Notes under the pieces: model-generated
Told to the model about the DNA's origin: nothing
Databases searched by the model: none
What the model saw: only the letters and a program-made list of their open reading frames with translations
Assembly (NCBI GenBank): GCA_031420835.1
Contig: JANONN010000333.1
Location: 1 to 36,460, forward strand
Direction of reading: 5' to 3'
DNA from: Ignavibacteriales bacterium
GTDB taxonomy: Bacteria > Bacteroidota > Ignavibacteria > UBA10030
Length of the DNA: 36,460 nt
Made by a program: the position numbers and the translations under genes
Shown here: one piece after another, positions 25,767-32,430 of the stretch
How positions within the stretch are numbered: the first letter of the stretch is position 1
Layout of the letters: the number at the start of each line of letters is the position of its first letter

Positions 25767-27664
25767 CAGAATCAATTCATTTTCGTGATTCAAAGCTCGT
25801 CCCAATTTGGGAGAAGGTGCGAGCCGGCGACCGTCTTTCGAAAGAAGACGGGATAGCACTGTTCGAGTCACCTGACCTTATCTCAATCGGCAAGATGGCG
25901 CATTGGGTTCAGCGTTCCAAGAGCGGCGATGCAGTGTACTATGTGCTGAACCAGAAAATCGAGCCGACAAACATCTGCGTGCTCTCCTGCAAGTTCTGTG
26001 ACTTCGCGACAAAGGCAGGCCGTCCGGATGCATACGAAATGACGATTCATGAGATCTTGCATAAGCTCACTCCGGAGATCCATGAAGTGCACATTACGGG
26101 CGGGCTTCATCCGGATTGGGAATGGGAGTACTATCTGGAGATGCTCCGGCAGATCAAGTCTAACTTCCCGAATGTTGACATCAAAGCATTCACGGCGGTG
26201 GAGATTGACTTCTTCCACAAGAAATTCAAAATTCCGATGGAAGATGTTCTGATTCAATTGAAGGAAGCCGGCCTTCGAACAATGCCGGGGGGCGGGGCGG
26301 AGGTGTTTTCTGAGCGCGTACGACGGCTCTTGTTTAACCAGAAGATCGGCACGAAGACCTGGTTCGAAATTCACAAGACTGCTCATAGACTTGGTATCCC
26401 TTCTAATTGCACAATCCTTTACGGCCACATTGAGACGATCGAAGAGCGCGTCGTGCACATGCTGAAGGTCCGCGAAGTACAGGATGAAACCGGTGGATTT
26501 TTGAGCTTCATACCGCTTGCGTTTCAACCGGGAGATACGGGCATCAAGCCCGCGGGGCGATTCACATCCGCTATTGATGATCTAAAGATGATCGCGGTCT
26601 CGAGATTGATGCTCGATAACATTCCGCACATCAAGGCTTACTGGGTGATGCTTACGGAAGAAGTCGCATCTGTGGCTCTCAATTTTGGCGCCGATGATAT
26701 GGATGGAACGGTCGGCGGAGAGAAGATCGCTCATGACGCAGGGGCCGTCAGTCCTATGAAGCTAGCGAAAGATCACATCATCAAGATCATCAGAGATGCG
26801 GGAAAGATTCCGGTCGAGCGCGATGTCTATTATAATCCGTTGAATCTTGCTGCGGAGAATGTCATCGGAAAGATTCCTTACTTAAATTCTGTTCCGTTTT
26901 ATCAATACCTTGAACGACGGCAGTTCAAGCTCATGCCAATGTCGCCGCGACGGATGGGTGAGCTTGCAAAGAAGGGTCAGATAGATGGGGGATTGTTCTC
27001 GCTTGTTGATTATCTTCAGCAAGAGAAGAGTTTCGAACTCCTGAACTATTGCATTGCCACACGCGACCAGGTCAAGAGTGTGTTGCTGTTTTCCAACCAC
27101 GGCTGGAAGGACTTGAACGGAAAGAAGATTGGAATTACCGATGACACAGCAACTTCCGTCAAGCTCCTCAAGATCCTGCTTGAACGAAAACATGGAGTCA
27201 AAGCTCACTTCCAGCGCATGCACACCGGCGTGAACGATCTGCGGGAGTATGATGCAGTGTTGCTCATTGGCGATGAAGCGTTACGGCACAGAAAGAAGGG
27301 ACTCTCTGGATTTGAGATCGTGTACGATCTGGCAACAGAGTGGTACGAATGGCAGAATCTCCCCTTTGTCTTTGCCGTGTGGGCGATCAAGAATACTGTT
27401 TCAAAGGAGAGACGGAACGAGCTGAGATCGTTGATTTCGGCATCGCTCGAGAAAGGGGAAATGGATTTTGCCGCCGTCGGAGCGCAACATGCAAAGTCGT
27501 TAGGTCTCACGACGGGGGAAGCATCGGAGTATCTTTCGGCGTTCAATTACCGGCTCGGTGAGAGAGAGCGGGCCGCAATGGAGCTTTTCAGAACTTTGTT
27601 GCTTGAAACAGAAACTCGAAATGTTGTATCATCCGGTCAGGGAACTGAATCACTCAATGGCTGA
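25763..27664 (+). CDS. fusion protein: radical-SAM futalosine-pathway enzyme (most likely aminofutalosine synthase MqnE) plus chorismate dehydratase MqnA
   Basis: The N-terminal ~365 aa carry CVLSCKFC (CxxxCxxC), GGLHPD, MPGGGAEVF, DETGGFLSFIPLAF and FGADDMDGT (CofH/MqnC/MqnE family). The C-terminal ~265 aa begin IGKIPYLNSVPFY and contain FVFAVWA (MqnA/MqnD PF02621-like). ATGA overlap with ubiD. The MqnE versus MqnC assignment of the N-domain is inference. Confidence 0.8.
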   Translation: MTESIHFRDSKLVPIWEKVRAGDRLSKEDGIALFESPDLISIGKMAHWVQRSKSGDAVYYVLNQKIEPTNICVLSCKFCDFATKAGRPDAYEMTIHEILHKLTPEIHEVHITGGLHPDWEWEYYLEMLRQIKSNFPNVDIKAFTAVEIDFFHKKFKIPMEDVLIQLKEAGLRTMPGGGAEVFSERVRRLLFNQKIGTKTWFEIHKTAHRLGIPSNCTILYGHIETIEERVVHMLKVREVQDETGGFLSFIPLAFQPGDTGIKPAGRFTSAIDDLKMIAVSRLMLDNIPHIKAYWVMLTEEVASVALNFGADDMDGTVGGEKIAHDAGAVSPMKLAKDHIIKIIRDAGKIPVERDVYYNPLNLAAENVIGKIPYLNSVPFYQYLERRQFKLMPMSPRRMGELAKKGQIDGGLFSLVDYLQQEKSFELLNYCIATRDQVKSVLLFSNHGWKDLNGKKIGITDDTATSVKLLKILLERKHGVKAHFQRMHTGVNDLREYDAVLLIGDEALRHRKKGLSGFEIVYDLATEWYEWQNLPFVFAVWAIKNTVSKERRNELRSLISASLEKGEMDFAAVGAQHAKSLGLTTGEASEYLSAFNYRLGERERAAMELFRTLLLETETRNVVSSGQGTESLNG

Positions 27665-28532
27665 AGATATTCTCAAGAAATTAGAAGAGCTAATCAATCA
27701 AGGTACTGAACTTGCCCCGCTTGGTGGGTTCGAGTTTTCCGGATACAATGCGCGGTTGCAGAACAAGTATCTCGAATGGCGCAAGGGGTGTCTCGAAGCA
27801 CTGGAGCATGTTGGCCCGATTGGCTTTCCGCACAAAAGTAAGATTGCTGGTGACGCGAATGGAGGTTTCTTCTTTCAACCTTCTGCCCAGTTGATCTTGA
27901 ACCAGATGAAAGAGCTTCATGACAAACTGAAAGCGTCGCCCGATCTTGCGGCTGCTGCCCCAGCTCCCCCTGCAGCAACTGTGACACCTGCTTCAACGCC
28001 AGCTGCTGAAACCTCTGGTGGTGCGCGCGTCTTGAAACCACCACCAAAACCCGCTGCTGCCTCCGTGCCAGCGCCCGCGCCTCCCTCCGTGCCGGCGCCC
28101 GCGCCTGCCACTCAACCGGCTGCCGCTTCCGCGGCGGACGGCACCTTGAAAAAGATATACGTGATCGGAGAGAAAGGAGATCCACTTCGTCTCCAACTTT
28201 CTGACTTCCTGAAAGAGATTGGTTTGGAAGAGATCTCTCTCAACCGTGAGAAGGGAACGATGCTTAGTCTGGAGTCTATTGGAGATCGCACGGATGTCAA
28301 GTTTGCTTTCTTTGTTCTCAACTCTTCGGATTTGGGGTATGCCATGTTCGAGTTGGGGCACTTCGTCGGACAACTTGGGAAGAACCATGTATGCGTAGTA
28401 CACATGACCGATGTTGATTTTCCAAAGAACGTTCCCGGCGTCGTGCTCAAACCGATCGTGGTCAAGTTGGAAGAGGCAAGCTTCAGTCTCATGAAAGAAC
28501 TGAAAAACGCAGGATACAAGGTGTCGATCTAA
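27657..28532 (+). CDS. three-part protein: helical N-domain, Pro/Ala-rich linker, divergent TIR-like domain (CAP12/Pycsar-type, PF10137-like)
   Basis: The C-terminal ~125 aa (KKIYVIGEKGD...FFVLNSSDLGYAMFELGHFVGQLGKNHVCVVHMTDVDFPKNVPGVVL...LKNAGYKV) follow the PF10137 pattern (...vFIvhG...aivLLTPDD...NVifElGyFiGkLGrerVc.l....v.lPSDl.GvvY). The signature Glu is retained (FELG, GAG at 28350-28352). ATG 27657 overlaps the upstream stop (ATGGCTGA). The stop lies 1 nt before the mqnC ATG. Confidence 0.55.
   Translation: MAEDILKKLEELINQGTELAPLGGFEFSGYNARLQNKYLEWRKGCLEALEHVGPIGFPHKSKIAGDANGGFFFQPSAQLILNQMKELHDKLKASPDLAAAAPAPPAATVTPASTPAAETSGGARVLKPPPKPAAASVPAPAPPSVPAPAPATQPAAASAADGTLKKIYVIGEKGDPLRLQLSDFLKEIGLEEISLNREKGTMLSLESIGDRTDVKFAFFVLNSSDLGYAMFELGHFVGQLGKNHVCVVHMTDVDFPKNVPGVVLKPIVVKLEEASFSLMKELKNAGYKVSI
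28062..28109 (+). repeat. tandem 24-nt direct repeat (2 copies, 22/24 identical) encoding SVPAPAP(P/A)
   Basis: TCCGTGCCAGCGCCCGCGCCTCCC followed directly by TCCGTGCCGGCGCCCGCGCCTGCC, inside the Pro/Ala-rich linker. Confidence 0.9.
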
Positions 28533-28533
28533 T

Positions 28534-29676
28534 ATGACCATTGAATCAATCACGAAGAAGGTTCGATCTGCCGAACGTTTCGGCGAGTCTTCGGCGAGCT
28601 CAGCCGAGCCGCTCACGTCGAGCCGGCTCTCACCTCGTGAGGGATCATTTCTTCTTCAGAATGCTGAATTGCTTGATCTGGGCGCTTTGGCGAACGAGAT
28701 TCGATTTAAGAAGAACCCTAAGCCGTCGGTCACGTTCGTTGTCGACACAAATCCGAACTACACAAACGTTTGTAACGTCGACTGTATCTTCTGTGCTTTC
28801 TACCGGCATCCGGGAGATGAGGGGGAGTACACGTACTCTGCAGATCATATGATTCAAAAGTTCAAGGAGTCTGCCGCAGCGGGAGTCACGACAGTTCTCC
28901 TTCAAGGCGGAGTCAACCCGGCTTTGCCGTTTGAGTACTATATAGAGCTTGTCGAGCGGACCATCAAAGAAGTTCCGGAAGTTTATCCGCATTTCTTTTC
29001 AACGTCCGAGATTATTGGGATGGCGCAGGTATCCGGGCAATCGAGGAAAGAAGTTCTGGAGCGCCTTTGGAAGGCCGGGCTTCGCTCGATTCCGGGTGGT
29101 GGTGCTGAGATTCTCGCAGACCGGGTAAAGCAGAAGATCAGCAGCAAGAAGGGATCTTCAGCCGATTGGTTGAATGTCATGCGTGAAGCGCATCAGATTG
29201 GCTATCGTTCAACTGCAACGATGATGTACGGTCATCTCGAAAAGGACGAAGAGATTGTGGAACATCTCGAGAGCATCCGGGCGTTGCAGGATGAAACAGG
29301 TGGCTTTACGGCGTTCATTCCGTGGTCGTTCAAGCCGGGGAACACACCGCTCGAAAAGATTATTCCGCATTATGCCACGCCGAAGCGCTACTTGGAAATG
29401 ATTGCATTCTCCCGAATCTACTTGGACAATTTCCAGCATATTCAGGCGTCGTGGTTTTCAGAAGGGAAGAAGACAGGCCAGATTGCGTTACACTTTGGCG
29501 CCGACGATTTTGGCGGGACGCTTCTCGAAGAGAACGTACACGCGGCAGCGAACTTCGTGAACAAGACGAATACTGAAGAGTGCAAAGAGTTGATTCGTGA
29601 ATCGGGGTTTACGCCAGTGCAGAGGACAACGTTGTACGAGATTCTCCACGTTTTCGAACAGACTGCAGCAGCCTGA
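28534..29676 (+). CDS. mqnC: radical-SAM cyclic dehypoxanthinyl futalosine synthase (MqnC-type)
   Basis: VTFVVDTNPNYTNVCNVDCIFCAFYR (CxxxCxxC), LLQGGVNP, IPGGGAEIL, DETGGFTAFIPWSF, and FGADDFGGT. The choice of MqnC rather than MqnE rests on the VTFVVD-NxNYTN-type N-terminal motif and on the other paralogue being fused to MqnA. Confidence 0.75.
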   Translation: MTIESITKKVRSAERFGESSASSAEPLTSSRLSPREGSFLLQNAELLDLGALANEIRFKKNPKPSVTFVVDTNPNYTNVCNVDCIFCAFYRHPGDEGEYTYSADHMIQKFKESAAAGVTTVLLQGGVNPALPFEYYIELVERTIKEVPEVYPHFFSTSEIIGMAQVSGQSRKEVLERLWKAGLRSIPGGGAEILADRVKQKISSKKGSSADWLNVMREAHQIGYRSTATMMYGHLEKDEEIVEHLESIRALQDETGGFTAFIPWSFKPGNTPLEKIIPHYATPKRYLEMIAFSRIYLDNFQHIQASWFSEGKKTGQIALHFGADDFGGTLLEENVHAAANFVNKTNTEECKELIRESGFTPVQRTTLYEILHVFEQTAAA

Positions 29677-29679
29677 GAC

Positions 29680-30603
29680 TTACACGGAATCTACAAGTCC
29701 GGTCATGTTCTCAAAGAAGATCTTCTTCAAATCCCCAATCGGAATTCTCATCTCCTGAGTAAGCTTCAACTGATTATCAATGATGTCATACCGGTAACCA
29801 CGCGGCAACATTCCTGAATCCGACCCAAAGAGGATTCTCCCCGAACCAAACACCTGCAAGAATTTCTGGAACACTTGCCTTAAGTCCGGCTTATCGGGAT
29901 GATCCGCCATCCATGAATTCGACCCCGCAGTGTCCACATACACATTCGGACACTCTTTTCCGACCTCCAGTGTTTCTTGCATCTTGCCTGCGCCAAAATT
30001 CGGGATCACAAACTTGATTCCGGGGAATTTCTTCGTCACCGGAATCAGATCTTTCGGATTCGCGAATTGATCGTTAATGGTTGCTGGAATTCCCGCATAA
30101 TCACGAGGGCGAATATTGAGCTTACCGAACTGTACGTAGACAATTGCCTTGCATTCCTGCGCAAGGTTGTACAGTGGGTAGAGCCATTCGTCATTGACAC
30201 TAATGTGGTAAAGGGATGGATACAAAAAGAAGCCGCGAAGCTTGTCTTGCTTGAGACGCTTCTCGGCATTTTCCATGAGAACACTTGAGTTCGGGTCAAC
30301 GGTAAAGAATCCAGTAAAGCGATTTGGGAAGGCCTGCACTGCGCTGACCACAGAATCTTCATCTCCGGGCATGCTGCCGATCAGTACCACGCGTTCGATT
30401 TTCCATTTATCAATAATGTCTACCCATCGCTTTGCAAGTTGAACCGGATCTTCACCGGGAATCTCAATATGACCTTTCGCTGCAAGATTCTTTAACTCGG
30501 TGTTGATGTCGAGGCGATTCTGCTTCTGTTTTACAAGAAAACGAAAAAAAGAATTCGAATAAAAGTGAAAATGTGCATCAAATATTTTGAAGAGACCGAT
30601 CAT
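29680..30603 (-). CDS. amidohydrolase-superfamily metal-dependent hydrolase (Amidohydro_2/PF04909-like)
   Basis: N-terminal IFDAHFHF (HxH metal motif), later internal His/Asp motifs (YVDTAGS, LFGSDSG), ~307 aa TIM-barrel size. Last gene of the ubiE-mqnD operon, 13 nt after mqnD. Confidence 0.65.
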   Translation of the reverse strand: MIGLFKIFDAHFHFYSNSFFRFLVKQKQNRLDINTELKNLAAKGHIEIPGEDPVQLAKRWVDIIDKWKIERVVLIGSMPGDEDSVVSAVQAFPNRFTGFFTVDPNSSVLMENAEKRLKQDKLRGFFLYPSLYHISVNDEWLYPLYNLAQECKAIVYVQFGKLNIRPRDYAGIPATINDQFANPKDLIPVTKKFPGIKFVIPNFGAGKMQETLEVGKECPNVYVDTAGSNSWMADHPDKPDLRQVFQKFLQVFGSGRILFGSDSGMLPRGYRYDIIDNQLKLTQEMRIPIGDLKKIFFENMTGLVDSV

Positions 30604-30616
30604 TCTTGTCTTTGTG

Positions 30617-31489
30617 TCAATACAACTCGATTGTTGGTACTTCTGGAATTAATCCGCGTTCCTTCCCTAATCGCAGAAGTAGCTCAATGGCTTTCTTTCC
30701 ACGGTCGCCCATATCGACCGTCAATTCACTGACGTACATCTTGACGAATTGCTCGCCGAGTTGTTTGTCGATTCCGCGTCCATACTGTAGCGCATAGGGG
30801 ATTGATTCGCGCTGGTGCGTATATCCGTAATGGATACTCTGTTTGAGCGCATCGGACAATGTGCGCGCAAGTTCTTCGCCCAGATCTTTTCTTACTACGT
30901 CGAGCCCCAGGGGAAGGGGAAGGTGATCAAACTTCTTCGCCCACAACTCACCAAAGTCGATGATCTTGTGAAAACCCTGCTCTCGATAGGTAATCTGCCC
31001 TTCATGGATGAGAAGCCCGGCATCGAACTCACCACTCGCAACACGTTCCATGATCTGATCGAATGGAATATCAATATTCTGGATGCCATCCGTGAAGATA
31101 TTGAACAACAGTGTCGCTGTCGTGAGCTTTCCGGGCGTTGCGACGGTTTTACCGCGCAACTCTTCGAGTGTCGTGTATTTCTTTGAGACGATGACGGGAC
31201 CATATCCTTCGCCCATGCTTGCACCGGTTGCCATGATCCAGTATTTGTCGGCAACGTAAGCATAAGCGTGTGCTGAAATGGCAGTCACTTCAAGCTCGCC
31301 AGTCATTGCTCGCAGATTCAGTGATTGAATATCTTCAAGCACGTGCTGAATCGCAATCCCCTCAAGCTTCACTTTCCCGCTTGAAAGTCCGTAAAACATG
31401 AATGCATCGTCAGGATCGGGGCTGTGCCCGACTCGGAGAATACGGTCTGCAACGCCTAAAGTGGAAGTTTCACTCTTTGATACCAACAT
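30617..31489 (-). CDS. mqnD: 1,4-dihydroxy-6-naphthoate synthase
   Basis: LRVGHSPDPDDAFMFYGL, LEDIQSLN, GLLIHEGQITY, LPLPLG, and YVSELTVDMGDRGKKAI closely parallel my memory of Thermus thermophilus MqnD. ATG 31489 is preferred to the TTG at 31507. It overlaps the ubiE stop by 20 nt. Confidence 0.9.
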   Translation of the reverse strand: MLVSKSETSTLGVADRILRVGHSPDPDDAFMFYGLSSGKVKLEGIAIQHVLEDIQSLNLRAMTGELEVTAISAHAYAYVADKYWIMATGASMGEGYGPVIVSKKYTTLEELRGKTVATPGKLTTATLLFNIFTDGIQNIDIPFDQIMERVASGEFDAGLLIHEGQITYREQGFHKIIDFGELWAKKFDHLPLPLGLDVVRKDLGEELARTLSDALKQSIHYGYTHQRESIPYALQYGRGIDKQLGEQFVKMYVSELTVDMGDRGKKAIELLLRLGKERGLIPEVPTIELY

Positions 31490-32303
31490 AAATTGTTGCA
31501 ATTCCAAATGTTAGTGAAAGCCGTTCTGTTTTCAAAAACCCGATTGATTGCAAGATCTCGAGAAACGTGTCGCCATCGGGAAACTGAGCGACTGTGGATG
31601 GAAGATAGGCGTAAGCCTCCTTGTCGCCTGAAATGATTCTTCCAAGCATAGGAAGAACGTAATTGAAGTAGAAACCGTACAATTGCTTGATGGGAAAGAT
31701 TCGAGGATGAGAGAACTCGAGAACCACGAGTGCACCTCCTCTGCGAAGTACGCGATGCATTTCCGAAAGACCTTTTGCAAGATCTGAAAAATTCCGCACT
31801 CCAAAAGCAACGCTCACAGCATCAAATGATTCAGTTTCGTAGGATAGCTGTTCCACTGATTGTTCTTCGAAGACAAATCTTGTCGATTTGCCGAGTTTGT
31901 CCACTTTCCGCCGGGCAATGCTGAGCATGGTCGGAGCGATGTCAATTCCGACGATCTGTTTAGGTGCCAGGGCAGCGAGAGCAATGGCCATGTCACCAGT
32001 TCCCGTAGCAACATCGAGGATACGTTTTGGAGAGTGTAGAGAAAGAACTTCGACTGCCTTCTTTCGCCAGAGGATATCGAATCCCGAGCTGAGAAAGTGA
32101 TTCAGGAAGTCGTACTGATACGCAATACGTTCAAAGAGTGATCGTACATATTCTTGATTGTACGTTGTTCGCGGATGGACGGACGAAGATCCGAGGGGCT
32201 CATTCGGCTTATCTGTGTTGTTCTTGTTCGAAGCCGTATTCTGTGGTTCGTTGGGGGAATTCGTCTGAGCGTCGATTTGATTTGTCAGTGGTAAGGTCTG
32301 CAT
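31470..32303 (-). CDS. ubiE: demethylmenaquinone / ubiquinone C-methyltransferase (UbiE/MenG, MqnG role) with N-terminal low-complexity extension
   Basis: YDFLNHFLSSGFDILWRK, SAM motif ILDVATGTGDMA, and GGALVVLEFS. The first ~45 aa are N/Q/T/P-rich, with no alternative in-frame start codon. Confidence 0.85.
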   Translation of the reverse strand: MQTLPLTNQIDAQTNSPNEPQNTASNKNNTDKPNEPLGSSSVHPRTTYNQEYVRSLFERIAYQYDFLNHFLSSGFDILWRKKAVEVLSLHSPKRILDVATGTGDMAIALAALAPKQIVGIDIAPTMLSIARRKVDKLGKSTRFVFEEQSVEQLSYETESFDAVSVAFGVRNFSDLAKGLSEMHRVLRRGGALVVLEFSHPRIFPIKQLYGFYFNYVLPMLGRIISGDKEAYAYLPSTVAQFPDGDTFLEILQSIGFLKTERLSLTFGIATIYVGIKE

Positions 32304-32331
32304 GCGTCACATCTTCATTTGAAGCGTGCCA

Positions 32332-32360
32332 AATATAGCGAAGAGTGCTCTGAATTCCAA
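32332..32360 (-). promoter_or_regulatory. sigma70-like promoter TTGGAA-17 nt-TATATT for the minus-strand ubiE-mqnD operon
   Basis: On the minus strand the sequence reads TTGGAA (32360-32355), an exactly 17-nt spacer, then TATATT (32337-32332). This lies ~29 nt upstream of the ubiE ATG. Confidence 0.4.
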
Positions 32361-32392
32361 CCTGATTTTTGGTTTGATTCATCGATCTCAAG

Positions 32393-32421
32393 TTGATTCT
32401 CGCACCCCAATTCGGTACTTT
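32393..32421 (+). promoter_or_regulatory. possible promoter TTGATT-17 nt-TACTTT for the lipoprotein-TonB receptor operon
   Basis: Exactly 17-nt spacer. The -10 element ends 9 nt before ATG 32431, which implies a near-leaderless mRNA. The -10 match is weaker than at the other sites. Confidence 0.25.
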
Positions 32422-32430
32422 TGCCTTCGT

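Noticed and set aside
27694-28616. Three long minus-strand ORFs (27694..28185, 27917..28111, 27993..28616) and one plus-strand ORF (27712..27894) overlapping the TIR-like gene
   Set aside because: They run antisense or out of frame through the GC-rich Pro/Ala linker, where stop codons are rare in all frames. Their products are Arg/Gly/Ser-rich low-complexity strings. The plus-frame ORF has a recognisable domain and operon coupling.
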